In this document: one piece after another, positions 42,938-52,828 of the stretch
How positions within the stretch are numbered: position 1 is the stretch's first letter
Layout: the number at the start of each line of letters is the position of its first letter
Assembly: GCA_963705105.1 (NCBI GenBank)
Contig: CAVPIW010000009.1
Span: 192,001-256,000, forward strand
DNA: 64,000 bases
Source: an uncultured Nitrospiraceae bacterium
GTDB taxonomy: Bacteria > Nitrospirota > Thermodesulfovibrionia > Thermodesulfovibrionales > Dissulfurispiraceae
Direction of reading: 5' to 3'
Notes under the pieces: generated by a model
The model's database searches: none
The model's input: the letters and a program-made list of their open reading frames with translations, nothing else
Told to the model about the DNA's origin: nothing
Translations under genes and position numbers: made by a program

Positions 42938-43372
42938 ACGGAAAAGCTTAGGGACGGCCGTACTGCGACGATAGAGTCTATCGGGCCTGCCGAACTGGAG
43001 ATGTTCCTGTCACGATGCGGAGAGGACCGCACCATCGACGCCGGTCGCACGACTGCCCTTGCTGTAACAGTCCGATCTGAAGGCAGGGAAGAAATCGCCG
43101 GCGCCGCTTGGTTTACCGCCACTGACGACGGAACGGGCAGTGCCTGGTTCGGCATCGCTGTTGATCCGTCCTGTCAGGGCATCGGCGTTGCATCCATGCT
43201 GCTCAAACATCTCATCGACTCGGCACGGGCTGCCCGTGTCCCGGTCCTGATGACCGGCATCGATCCCGGGGACCAGCGGATGCTCTCCCTCCTCTTCCAC
43301 ACCGGCCTGGCGATGAAGTACGACATATCCGGCGACGTCATGCATGTGACGCTTGATCTTCCGGTTGCGTGA
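42938..43372 (+). CDS. GNAT-family acetyltransferase-like protein (start uncertain)
   Basis: 'V.P..QGIG.ASMLLKHLI..ARA' acetyl-CoA motif; frame is open upstream of ATG 43001 through 'EKLRDGRTATI'. Confidence 0.65.
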   Translation, partial: TEKLRDGRTATIESIGPAELEMFLSRCGEDRTIDAGRTTALAVTVRSEGREEIAGAAWFTATDDGTGSAWFGIAVDPSCQGIGVASMLLKHLIDSARAARVPVLMTGIDPGDQRMLSLLFHTGLAMKYDISGDVMHVTLDLPVA

Positions 43373-43608
43373 AAAGGCGGGGCGACGCGCTCTGAAAACA
43401 GTGTCAGTGACAGTGTGAGTGTCAGTGTCGGTGTCACTACCGCTGCTTCCGGGAAGGCAGATATGGTTCAAAGCCTTCCCGTCTGGTTGTACGTGGCCGG
43501 ATTGCGACTATCGACCGCTGACTGGTGACTCAATGACTCAATGACTAATGACTCTGCGGTGGCATCTTCGCCCTGCCTTTCCGGATGTCCTATTGCGACG
43601 ATAAGGTT
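43361..43608 (-). repeat. Modular hairpin repeat, mosaic copy
   Basis: GGTTGCGTGAAAAGGCGGGGCG, hexamer tract, (GACTCAAT)n tract, ends CCCTGCCTTTCCGG...TTGCGACGATAAGGTT. Confidence 0.85.
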
Positions 43609-43635
43609 TATTCAACGACAAGATTGAGATTCCCG

Positions 43636-45087
43636 TCAGGAACTGAGGCGGATCTTTTTCGCGTTTCTTCTTCCATAGCCGAAGTAGATCACGAAGCCGA
43701 TGAGGAGCCACACAAGGAGCCTGAGCCAGGTGTCTCCCGGGAGCCCCGCCATGAGGTAGAGGCAGGTGACGATGCCGAGGACCGGCGTTGCCGACCCGCC
43801 CGGCGCCCTGAAGACCCTCGGCGCATCCGGGTGGGTGTACCTCAGGATCAGCACGCCCGCGCAGACGATGACGAAGGCGAGGAGCGTCCCGATGCTGACG
43901 AGTTCCCCGACGATGCCGATGGGCAGGAGCGCCGCCGTGAGGGCCGTCGCCGCGCCGGTGATGATCGTGATGATATAGGGAGTCCTGAAGGCGGGGTGTA
44001 TCTTTGCAATCCCGTCCGGCAGCAGGCCGTCCCTGCTCATGGAGAAGAAGATCCTCGTCTGGCCGAGAATGAGCACGAGGATCACGGACGTGAGACCGGC
44101 GATGGCGCCTACTTTAAGAAGCGGGGAAAACAGGCCCAGTTCCATTGCGTCGAGGGCGACGGCGAAGGGGGCCGGGCCGCCGAGTCGAGTGTAGGGAACA
44201 ACTCCCGTCAGCACGAGGGAGACGATCACATAGAGGACCGTGCAGACAAGCAGGCTGCCGAGGATGCCGATAGGCACGTCACGCTTCGGATTTTTCGCCT
44301 CCTGGGCGAGGGTCGAAACGACGTCGAAGCCGATATAGGCAAAAAAGATGACACCCGCTCCCCGCAGGACACCGCTCCATCCGAAAGAGCCGAACTGGCC
44401 CGTGTTGGGCGGGATGAAGGGGTTCCACAGATCGGTATCGATGAAGAAGAGCCCGGCTATGGTGAAAGCGATGATGATCGTCACCTTGATGAAAACGATG
44501 AAGGCGTTGATCGTCGCTGATTCCCTGATGCCGATGGCGATGATCATCGTCGTGACCGCCACGACGATAACGGCGGGCAGATTGAAGAGCGCCCCCGTCA
44601 CAATCCATCCGCCCAGTTGATGGCTGTAGTCGACCGGGGGCGACGTCAAAGAGCCGGGCAAAACAATGCCCATATCGGCAAGAAGACTCACCACGTATCC
44701 CGACCAGCCGATGGCGACGCTTGTCGCGCCGAGTGTATATTCGAGAATGAGGTCCCAGCCGATGACCCAGGCCGCGAGTTGTCCCAGTGTCGCATAGGCA
44801 TAGGTGTAGGCACTGCCGGCGATGGGGATCATCGACGCGAACTCGGCGTAACAGAGCCCCGCAAAGGCGCAGGCAAAGCCGGCGAGGATGAAGGACAGAA
44901 CAATGGCCGGGCCGGCAATTTCTGCCGCGACATGCCCCGTCAGGATAAAGATACCCGCCCCGACGATGACGCCGATGCCGAGCAGGATGAGGGTCAGCGG
45001 GCCGAGGGAACGCTTCAGGCCGCGCTTCTCCTCGAAGGCCTCGATGGTCAGCTCAGCCAGCGTTTTTCTCAGGAAGAGATCTTTCAT
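43636..45087 (-). CDS. Amino acid permease (APC superfamily)
   Basis: 'GIG.IVGAGIF', 'AGPAIVLSF', 'CYAEFASMIP.AGSAY', 'FFAYIGFD', multiple TM helices. Confidence 0.95.
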   Translation of the reverse strand: MKDLFLRKTLAELTIEAFEEKRGLKRSLGPLTLILLGIGVIVGAGIFILTGHVAAEIAGPAIVLSFILAGFACAFAGLCYAEFASMIPIAGSAYTYAYATLGQLAAWVIGWDLILEYTLGATSVAIGWSGYVVSLLADMGIVLPGSLTSPPVDYSHQLGGWIVTGALFNLPAVIVVAVTTMIIAIGIRESATINAFIVFIKVTIIIAFTIAGLFFIDTDLWNPFIPPNTGQFGSFGWSGVLRGAGVIFFAYIGFDVVSTLAQEAKNPKRDVPIGILGSLLVCTVLYVIVSLVLTGVVPYTRLGGPAPFAVALDAMELGLFSPLLKVGAIAGLTSVILVLILGQTRIFFSMSRDGLLPDGIAKIHPAFRTPYIITIITGAATALTAALLPIGIVGELVSIGTLLAFVIVCAGVLILRYTHPDAPRVFRAPGGSATPVLGIVTCLYLMAGLPGDTWLRLLVWLLIGFVIYFGYGRRNAKKIRLSS

Positions 45088-45413
45088 GATCGTCCCGTCG
45101 TCAAGGTGTCAGTTATTATACCCCATTACAGTGTCAGTGTCGGCGGTCTCCGTCATCACGGCTTGTTCGGGATCCGTCGGAGGGCCTATGCCACGATAAG
45201 GTGGCGCTGACACTCACACTTCACACTATTCTTTTGGGCTATAATGAAAAAACAGGGAATGATGAAGGATGCTGAAGCATGTCCTATGATTTGTCATTCC
45301 GGCTCGCCCGGAATCTTTCTCCGGGAAGGACTCCCGACAGGCGGGAGCAACAGGAGATAAGTCATTTCACTTATTGTGCAGAAATCAGATAATCGCAATG
45401 AAGGGAGGAAGCT

Positions 45414-45731
45414 ATGAGCGATGTGCTACGGGTGTCTCCTCAGGAGGCGCGTCAAAAGGTTACTGCCGGTTCGGCGCTGCTCGTTTGTGCATATGAGGAT
45501 GAGGAGAAGTTCAAAGCAATGCGCCTCGACGGGGCCGTGTCATTTAATGAATTCAGGACAAGGGTGGAATCTCTGCCCAGGGACCGGGAAATCATATTCT
45601 ATTGCGCCTGACACCAGGAGGCGAGCGCTGCCCGGCGGGCAGAGGAATATGCGGGTCAGGGTTTTTCGGATGTGAAGGCCCTCGGTGGGGGCGTCAATGC
45701 ATGGAAGGAGGCGGGGTTCCCGGTCCTCTAA
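45414..45731 (+). CDS. Rhodanese-like selenoprotein (CxU; in-frame UGA at 45609)
   Basis: 'REIIFYCA*HQEASAARRAEEY..QGFSDVKALGGGVNAWKEAGFP' completes a rhodanese fold across the UGA; hairpin CTGCCC-GGC-GGGCAG at 45628-45642. Confidence 0.85.
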
Positions 45732-45797
45732 CGGGCGGGACGATGAACAGGATGGGGGCGCCATGGCGACGCCCCCCCTTGATAACCTGCAAAACCT

Positions 45798-46235
45798 CTA
45801 CGTCGTCCTGGCGATAACGAGCATTTTCTGCTCCTCTATCAACTGGGCGAGTTTCTTGTGTCTCTTTTCATCTTCGAGAATCGTCTTCAGGAGGAGCTTC
45901 GTCTCTCCGCGGCTTTTTTCGATCGCCTCCGTTGCGATCTCGATCGATTTCTGTTCGAGTTCCACATGCTTGTTGAGAAGCGCCGATACATCCTTCAGCT
46001 CCTCGGGCGCCAGCACGTATCCCTTCTTCGTATGCGCATCGATGATGTGCTGGATCAGCGCCTTGTGTTTCTCGGAATCGTTCTTGATCGACGCGACGAA
46101 TGCAACGATGATGGGATTTTTCGCCTTTCCGAGAATTTTTTCGCAGCTCTTGATCGTCATGTCCTCAATGCCCTTCCATTTTCTGAGCAGTGTCATCAGC
46201 TCCCTGTCACGCTCTGCAACCTTCTCCAACGCCAT
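45798..46235 (-). CDS. Ferritin-like / rubrerythrin-like protein
   Basis: Paired 'E...DSEKH' and 'E...EDEKRH' di-metal motifs; SD AAGGAGG before ATG 46235. Confidence 0.75.
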   Translation of the reverse strand: MALEKVAERDRELMTLLRKWKGIEDMTIKSCEKILGKAKNPIIVAFVASIKNDSEKHKALIQHIIDAHTKKGYVLAPEELKDVSALLNKHVELEQKSIEIATEAIEKSRGETKLLLKTILEDEKRHKKLAQLIEEQKMLVIARTT

Positions 46236-46387
46236 GATGCCCTCCTTTAGGTATGGTGGTCTTCGAACAGCATAATTCCCGATGGAAAAACTCATATACA
46301 AACAACTACTAACATTATAAGGATTATTGCGCGAAATTCAAGGTCTTTTTGCAGGATCGGTCAAAATTAATCCGTCAGCGACAGAAT

Positions 46388-46438
46388 AAAGGCGGGGCGA
46401 AGCACTCTGAAACATAGTGTAAGTGTAAGTGTGAGTGT
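46388..46438 (-). repeat. Partial modular repeat (one arm plus hexamer tract)
   Basis: AAAGGCGGGGCGAAGCACTCTGAAACATAGTGTAAGTGTAAGTGTGAGTG. Confidence 0.7.
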
Positions 46439-46472
46439 TTGATAAATACAATCTGACCTGATAATATACAGT

Positions 46473-46865
46473 ATGCGTTCATTGATCTGTCGATACCGAT
46501 CAGTGCTCAGCCTGCTTATGCTGACTGCATATCTTGTTGTGCCGTTTCTTGACAGCACATTTTGCGCAGATTGCAAAGGGAGCATGCCGTTCAACGGCAA
46601 ATTGGTGATATGTCATCTGGACGCTTCTCATGTCGACGTTACCCCATCTTCAGCCAATATTACCGATTCAGTTGACGGGTCCTCTCCCGGCAAGGAGGCC
46701 AAATCCATTTGCTCGATTTGTGCAAATATGGCAGCCGGGACTTGTTCAAGTCAGTCAGGACCTCTGCATTCTATCGGCTCACAGATCATGCAGCGCACAA
46801 GCTGCATCCCCCTGGAGCCGTCTTATTCAATCAATAAGCCACCTCAAAATTCCATCGTCACATAG
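46473..46865 (+). CDS. Small exported Cys-containing protein upstream of the metal efflux operon (CzcI/DUF2946-like)
   Basis: Signal-like N-terminus, CADC and CSIC motifs, C-terminal 'INKPP'. Confidence 0.6.
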   Translation: MRSLICRYRSVLSLLMLTAYLVVPFLDSTFCADCKGSMPFNGKLVICHLDASHVDVTPSSANITDSVDGSSPGKEAKSICSICANMAAGTCSSQSGPLHSIGSQIMQRTSCIPLEPSYSINKPPQNSIVT

Positions 46866-46977
46866 TTCCTGCGGGGATTCCGCGTCCTGAGACCGGCCCT
46901 TTTGCCGGTCGGTCTTTCACATTTATGAATTTACCCGTCCTTTGTTTGTAAATATATCTTGTGACGAGGTGCAGCGA

Positions 46978-48207
46978 ATGGTTCAACTTTTGGTTTGCAT
47001 CATATTTATTGTTTTTATCGTTTCTCCTGCCCATTCCCTGACAGTAGAAGCGGCCGTCGATCATGCCTTAAAGAACAATTCCGGCCTTCAAGCCCTCAGG
47101 CTCGAAGAAGAGTCGGCAAAGGGCCGGAATGAAAAGGCGCGGCTTCTTCTTATGAACAACCCAACTATCGAAGGCAGCATTTCGAAGAAGGACAGGCCGG
47201 CGGAGGAGGGAGGCGGCAAATTCACGAACTACGGCTTCAAGCTATCCCAGGAATTCGAGATTGCAGGTCAGAGGAGTGCAAGGATCGATGTTTCTGAGAA
47301 AGAGATCATCAGAGTGCAGTCTGAAATCAGAGACAAAGAGAGGCTTCTGATTTCAGACGTGAAAGACGCTTTTACCAAGGCGCTTGCGCTGAAGAAGAAA
47401 AACGATCTTGCGCGGGAAATTGTCAGACTGCATGAAGAGTTGCTTGGATATACAAAGATCAAGTTTGAGGCAGGCGAACTTTCGGGGCTTGACGTGAACC
47501 TTTCAGAGGTCGAACTGAGCAAGGTAAAAAAAGATCTCCTTCAAGCTGAACGTGAATGCAGGGCTTCGCTGCTCGCCTTGAAGGGACTTCTCGGCTTATC
47601 GCCTGACATGTCCTATGCCGTCGAGGGCGATCTGCCCTCGGAAGCGCCGACAATGCCTGACAGGGAAGCAATGAAGGCACTGGCACTTTCTAATCGGCCT
47701 GACTCAAAAGCGGCAGCATTTGAGATGGAAAAGACACAGTCCGCGCTGGACTTGATAAAGAAGGAAGCCGTCCCGAACATAACGCTGTCGGGGTTTTATG
47801 ATAAAGATGAAGGGAACAATGAGGTGGGCCTGGCGATTTCGATCCCGCTGCCGTTGTTTGACAGGAAGCAGGCCGAAAAGAAAGAGGCATTTGCAAAGGC
47901 GGAAGGGGCAAAGATAAAGGCAGCAGGCCGAAATAACAACATAGAGCGGGAGGTCGACCAGGCTTTGAACGACATCTCATCTGCCATCGAGGAGCTTTCG
48001 CTCTTCAGGAAAGAGATACTCATAAAGGCCGCCGAGAATCTGAAGCTTCTCAACCTCGCCTTCAAGGAAGGAAAGATCGGTTTTTTTGAGGTGCGGCTCG
48101 CGCAGAAGGACACCATCGAAGCACAGTTAGCCTATATTGAAGCGCAGACGAGAACGCAACTCGCACTTAACGCGATAGAGAAGACCACAGGGGGTGCGGT
48201 GAAATGA
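46978..48207 (+). CDS. TolC-family outer membrane efflux protein (CzcC-like)
   Basis: OEP repeats, 'LSQEFEIAGQR.AR', 'ISIPLPLFDR.Q'; first gene of the RND operon. Confidence 0.88.
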   Translation: MVQLLVCIIFIVFIVSPAHSLTVEAAVDHALKNNSGLQALRLEEESAKGRNEKARLLLMNNPTIEGSISKKDRPAEEGGGKFTNYGFKLSQEFEIAGQRSARIDVSEKEIIRVQSEIRDKERLLISDVKDAFTKALALKKKNDLAREIVRLHEELLGYTKIKFEAGELSGLDVNLSEVELSKVKKDLLQAERECRASLLALKGLLGLSPDMSYAVEGDLPSEAPTMPDREAMKALALSNRPDSKAAAFEMEKTQSALDLIKKEAVPNITLSGFYDKDEGNNEVGLAISIPLPLFDRKQAEKKEAFAKAEGAKIKAAGRNNNIEREVDQALNDISSAIEELSLFRKEILIKAAENLKLLNLAFKEGKIGFFEVRLAQKDTIEAQLAYIEAQTRTQLALNAIEKTTGGAVK

Positions 48208-49445
48208 TGATACAGAAGAACGACGCCGGGTATGGACTGTTTGCAGTGATCCTCATCGTCCTGAGTACCGCTCTGTTGCTGACGGGATGCGGGAGAGGAG
48301 AAGCGCCAAAAGAAGGGAAGCAGGCAACGGCCGAGAAGAAGGAAGACAGCCACGAAGGAGAACACGGAGGAGACGAGCCCGGTGTTGTGTCGCTTTCACC
48401 TGAAAAGCAGAAGTCTTCAGGAATAGGGGTCAAGGCGGTGGCCCTTGAAGATATGGCTGTGCCTCTCTCTGCAACGGCTGTGATAGAGATGAATATGGAC
48501 CGGTCCGCGAAGATCAGCCCAAGAGTGACAGGAAAGGCGGTCAGGATCATGGCATCGCAGGGCGACAGGGTGAAGGCAGGCCAGGCCCTTGCCTATCTCG
48601 ACAGCCTGGAGCTTGATCAGGCGTGGGCCGACTATCTCAAGGCACAGGGAAAGGTCGAGCTTGCGAGGAAGAACCTCGATCGCGAGCAATCACTGTTTGA
48701 GAAGAAGGTATGTCCCGAAAAGGATGTTTTGAAGGCGAAGCAGGAATTTGGAGAGGCAGAGGCTGACCTCAACCTTGCAAAGGAGCGCTTCAAAATGCTC
48801 GGCGTCAATGTTTCGCAGTTCGAGGCAACAAAAGGCAACGGCAATCACCCTCTCATTCCTGTCACGACACCGGTAGGCGGCGTGGTGATCGAAAAGGCGG
48901 TCACCCAGGGAGAGGTTGTGAATTCCGAGAAAGTGCTCTTCACGGTTGCAGACCTCTCGACCCTTTGGGTGGTGATCGATGTATACGAAAAGGATATTTC
49001 CCGTCTCAGGCTCGGCACAGGCGTGAAAGCGTCGGTGACCGCTTTTCCGGACAAGACGTTCAGGGGAAAGATTTCCTATGTCAGCGCCGTGGTGGATGAG
49101 AAAACACGGACGGAAAAGGCGCGGGTGACGATAGAAAACTCACGCGGCCTGCTCAAACCCGGCATGTTTGCGACCGTCCTCACCGAGGCGGCAACGGGCG
49201 GGACTGAAAGGCTTATTGCCGTCCCTGAAGAAGCAGTGCTTATCGACGGCACCAAGAGTTATGTCTTCATTCAGACTGCCCCTGACAAGTTCAAAAGGAG
49301 AGATATAGAAACCGGCAGGACGCTGGGTAAGCGAGTGGAAGTAACCTCGGGGCTCAAGGAAGGAGAGCCGATCGCCGTCAAGGGAGCGTTCATACTGAAG
49401 TCGGAGATGAAGAAAGGCGAACTTGTCGACGAGCACGGGCATTAA
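48204..49445 (+). CDS. RND periplasmic adaptor (CzcB-like lipoprotein)
   Basis: Lipobox LTGC, His-containing N- and C-termini, 'TVADLSTLWV..DVYEKD', 'LKPGMF'. Confidence 0.92.
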   Translation: MMIQKNDAGYGLFAVILIVLSTALLLTGCGRGEAPKEGKQATAEKKEDSHEGEHGGDEPGVVSLSPEKQKSSGIGVKAVALEDMAVPLSATAVIEMNMDRSAKISPRVTGKAVRIMASQGDRVKAGQALAYLDSLELDQAWADYLKAQGKVELARKNLDREQSLFEKKVCPEKDVLKAKQEFGEAEADLNLAKERFKMLGVNVSQFEATKGNGNHPLIPVTTPVGGVVIEKAVTQGEVVNSEKVLFTVADLSTLWVVIDVYEKDISRLRLGTGVKASVTAFPDKTFRGKISYVSAVVDEKTRTEKARVTIENSRGLLKPGMFATVLTEAATGGTERLIAVPEEAVLIDGTKSYVFIQTAPDKFKRRDIETGRTLGKRVEVTSGLKEGEPIAVKGAFILKSEMKKGELVDEHGH

Positions 49446-49475
49446 ACGACTCATGATGAACGGGGGTTAATCGGT

Positions 49476-52400
49476 ATGTTGGAAAAACTCATCGCATATA
49501 CGCTGAAGCAGAGAGGAATGGTCATTTTCCTTGCACTGTCGATCATCATAGTCGGCGTTTATTCATATCTGAGATTACCGATCGATGCTTTTCCGGATGT
49601 GACGAACATCCAGGTTGAGGTTATCAGTCATGCCGACGGACTATCGGCAATAGAGATCGAGCGAAATGTAACCTACCCGATAGAAATGGCAATGCGGGGG
49701 TTGCCTGACATCGAACAGATGCGCTCGGTTACCAAGTTCGGTCTGTCAATCGTAACCATTGTATTCAAGGACGACGTTGATATCTATTTCGCGCGGCAGC
49801 TTGTTTTTGAGCGATTGGCGGAAGCGAGAGAAAAGGTCCCGAAAGGCGTTGAAATTGCCATGGGCCCGATCGGCACGGCAATGGGTGAAATCTATCAATA
49901 TACCCTCGAAGGAGACATGCCGAAAGACCCGCTCCGGAAAATAGCCTATCTGACGAACCTGAGAACCATCCAGGAGTGGATTATCACCCCGCAGCTGAAG
50001 AGCGTCGCCGGAGTGAATGAGATAAATTCATTCGGCGGATACTTCAAACAGTATCAGGTCGTCGTATCGCCGGAAAGCCTGTTGAAGTATGGCGTAACAG
50101 TCGATGACGTTTATGCTGCCATCGGAAACAATAATCAGAACGTCGGCGGCAACATCCTCGAACGGGAGACGGATCAATATATCGTTCGCGGTGTTGGTTT
50201 GATTAAGGATGTCGGCGATATAGAAAGAATCGTCCTGAAATCACAGCACGGAGCACCGACGTATATCCGGGATGTCGCTCAGGTAAAGGTCGGCGAAGCC
50301 GTCCGCATGGGCGCAGCCATGAAGAACGGCAAAGACGAGGCTGTCGGCGGCATCGTCATGATGCTGCGCGGCGAGAACAGCCGGGAGGTGGTCAGCCGGG
50401 TAGCGGCAAAAGTCAAAGAACTCAATGAAAACAATATCCTCCCTGAGGGTATCCGGATAGTGCCCTATTACGATAGAAGCGATATTGTGCGCGCGAGCGT
50501 CGCCACGGTAAACAAAGCCCTGATCGAAGGCTCTATCCTCGTGTTGATCGTGCTGTATCTGTTGCTGAACAGTTTCAGGGGAAGCTTTGTCGTTCTTGTC
50601 GCGTTGCCTCTTTCGCTGCTTGCGACTTTTATCGTGATGAAACTCCTCGGCATCAGCGCAAATCTGATGTCGCTCGGTGGTCTTGCGATCTCGATCGGGA
50701 TGATAATAGACACGACAATCATTCAGGTCGAAAACGTGCAGCGGCACCTGAGCGAAGAGGGTGATCGCCATTCCAAATTATTTACCGTGCTCAAAGCAGT
50801 GATGGAGGTGAGAAAGCCGAGCATCTTCGGCGAGCTTATTATTGCGATCACTTTCATACCGATTATTTCCCTGGAAGGCATAGAGGGAAAGATGTTCAGC
50901 CCGCTGGCAATAACCGTCGCGATTGCTCTCCTTTCGTCGTTGTTCCTTTCCGTATTTGTCATTCCCGTTCTCTGCATACTGTTTCTGAAACCGCAGCCGG
51001 AAAAGGAAAGCGTCATCATGAAGTACGCAAAGAACGGGTATGTGCCGCTCCTGGAATACGCTATGAACAGGAAAAAAACAATACTGGGAATTGCCGCAGG
51101 TCTGCTCATCGTATCCCTGTTTCTCGTAACAAGATTAGGGACTGAGTTTGTCCCGACGATGGATGAAGGTTCGTTTGACATGGATGTGTCCATGCTGCCG
51201 GGTGTTTCCCTCGCGACGGCACTGGAAGCGAATAAACGCGCCGCGGAAAAGCTGAAGGAATTTGATGAACTCGATGTGGTGGTGTCGCGGACAGGTCAGA
51301 CAGGGGTTGCGCTGGATACCAGGGGATCGGACAAGACCGGGTATGTCGGCATATTCAAGCCGAAGAGTGAATGGAAACGGGATATTTCAAAAGAAGAACT
51401 GACAAATGAAATGCGCAAGTCGTTGGAATCGATAGCCGGTATCACTTTCGGCTTCAGCCAGCCGATTCAGTGCAGAATTGACGAGCTCGTAGCAGGAACG
51501 CGCGCACAACTGATTGTGAAGCTGTTTGGCGAAGATATCAACGTCCTCAGTGAAAAGTCGGCGGAAATAGCGAAAGTGCTCTCCACCATAAGGGGAGGGA
51601 CGGATCTGAATACTGAAAAGGTCTCCGGGCAGCCCTATCTGACGATTAATATCGATCGGGCCAAAATAGCACGGTATGGCCTGAATATCAGCGACGTTCA
51701 GAATGTAATCGAAATAGCCGTTGCGGGGAAATCCGCCTCCAAATTCTATGAAGAGAACCGGAGCTTTGACATAACGGTCCGTCTGCCGGAAGAAAAAAGG
51801 AACTCCCTCGAGTCGATCAGAAATCTGTTGGTTATCACAAAGTCGGGCTTGAATATCCCGCTGCAACAGCTTGCCGAAGTAAAACTGATCGAAGGCCCGG
51901 TCCAGATAAGCCGCCAGGACGGAGTCAGGAGAATAGGCATCGAGATGAATGTAAGCGGCAGAGATATCGGCAGTTTCGTTGCAGAGGCAAAGCAGAGGAT
52001 AAAAGAGAGCGTCAAGTTGCCGCCCGGCTATTACCTGACGTGGGGCGGACAATTTGAGAACCAACAGAGAGCGATGAAAAAAATGATGATCATCGGTCCT
52101 GTTGCAGTCGGATTGATAATGCTGCTCCTGTACGTCACATTCAGATCGGTCCGCCTGGCGCTGCTGGTAATTTCCAATCTCCCCTTTGCTCTGATTGGCG
52201 GGATTTTCTCTCTGTATATATCCGGGCAATACTTGTCAGTGCCTGCATCCGTCGGCTTTGTCGTTTTGTTCGGTGTTGCCGTGTTAAACGGCCTTGTGCT
52301 GGTGTCGCGCATCTCGCAATTGCGTGAAGAGGGACTTGATCTTCAGGAAGCGATCAGGAAGGGCAGTCTTGACAGATTGCGACCGGTATTGATGACCGCA

Positions 52401-52580
52401 TCAATAGCCGTTTTCAGTTTGATGCCGATGCTGCTTGCCGGAGGAACCGGTTCTGAAATACAGAGACCTCTTGCAACAGTTGTTGTAGGGGGGCTCATTA
52501 CTTCAACGATGCTCACGCTGTTAATCATTCCGGCGGTTTACAGCTGGTTTGAAAGCATAAAGGTTGAATCGGATATGTAA
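49476..52580 (+). CDS. czcA: CusA/CzcA heavy-metal RND permease
   Basis: 'LPIDAFPDVTNIQV', 'ANLMSLGGLAI.IG', 'FGVAVLNG', 'RLRPVLMTA', 'QRPLATVVVGG'. Confidence 0.93.
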   Translation: MLEKLIAYTLKQRGMVIFLALSIIIVGVYSYLRLPIDAFPDVTNIQVEVISHADGLSAIEIERNVTYPIEMAMRGLPDIEQMRSVTKFGLSIVTIVFKDDVDIYFARQLVFERLAEAREKVPKGVEIAMGPIGTAMGEIYQYTLEGDMPKDPLRKIAYLTNLRTIQEWIITPQLKSVAGVNEINSFGGYFKQYQVVVSPESLLKYGVTVDDVYAAIGNNNQNVGGNILERETDQYIVRGVGLIKDVGDIERIVLKSQHGAPTYIRDVAQVKVGEAVRMGAAMKNGKDEAVGGIVMMLRGENSREVVSRVAAKVKELNENNILPEGIRIVPYYDRSDIVRASVATVNKALIEGSILVLIVLYLLLNSFRGSFVVLVALPLSLLATFIVMKLLGISANLMSLGGLAISIGMIIDTTIIQVENVQRHLSEEGDRHSKLFTVLKAVMEVRKPSIFGELIIAITFIPIISLEGIEGKMFSPLAITVAIALLSSLFLSVFVIPVLCILFLKPQPEKESVIMKYAKNGYVPLLEYAMNRKKTILGIAAGLLIVSLFLVTRLGTEFVPTMDEGSFDMDVSMLPGVSLATALEANKRAAEKLKEFDELDVVVSRTGQTGVALDTRGSDKTGYVGIFKPKSEWKRDISKEELTNEMRKSLESIAGITFGFSQPIQCRIDELVAGTRAQLIVKLFGEDINVLSEKSAEIAKVLSTIRGGTDLNTEKVSGQPYLTINIDRAKIARYGLNISDVQNVIEIAVAGKSASKFYEENRSFDITVRLPEEKRNSLESIRNLLVITKSGLNIPLQQLAEVKLIEGPVQISRQDGVRRIGIEMNVSGRDIGSFVAEAKQRIKESVKLPPGYYLTWGGQFENQQRAMKKMMIIGPVAVGLIMLLLYVTFRSVRLALLVISNLPFALIGGIFSLYISGQYLSVPASVGFVVLFGVAVLNGLVLVSRISQLREEGLDLQEAIRKGSLDRLRPVLMTASIAVFSLMPMLLAGGTGSEIQRPLATVVVGGLITSTMLTLLIIPAVYSWFESIKVESDM

Positions 52581-52793
52581 CCTTATCGTTGCAATGCACG
52601 CCCGGGAAAGGCGGGGCGCATGCGCCGAAAACCTTGCTGCGGCGACACCTGTATCAAAACGAAAGATGAACTATACGCTAATGGTCGATGACACAAAGAG
52701 TGAAATCCTGAAACACGAAGATGACGAGGCGTATCGTCGCCTTCAGCAAGGCTTTGAGGCGTTTCGCCCCGCCTTTCAATGCAACTAAAGGGT
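52579..52793 (+). repeat. Modular hairpin repeat, full copy starting in the czcA stop codon
   Basis: TAACCTTATCGTTGCA...CGCCCCGCCTTTCAATGCAACTAAAGGGT. Confidence 0.92.
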
Positions 52794-52828
52794 GTAATTG
52801 AGCTGCTCCGGACGCCTCAAGCTCTTAT

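Noticed and set aside
43585..45210. Long + strand ORFs (311 aa, 197 aa) and other long antisense ORFs (e.g. 2902-4017, 4425-5855, 34079-35236, 53426-54718)
   Set aside because: Shadow frames of well-supported genes on the opposite strand, expected at high GC3.
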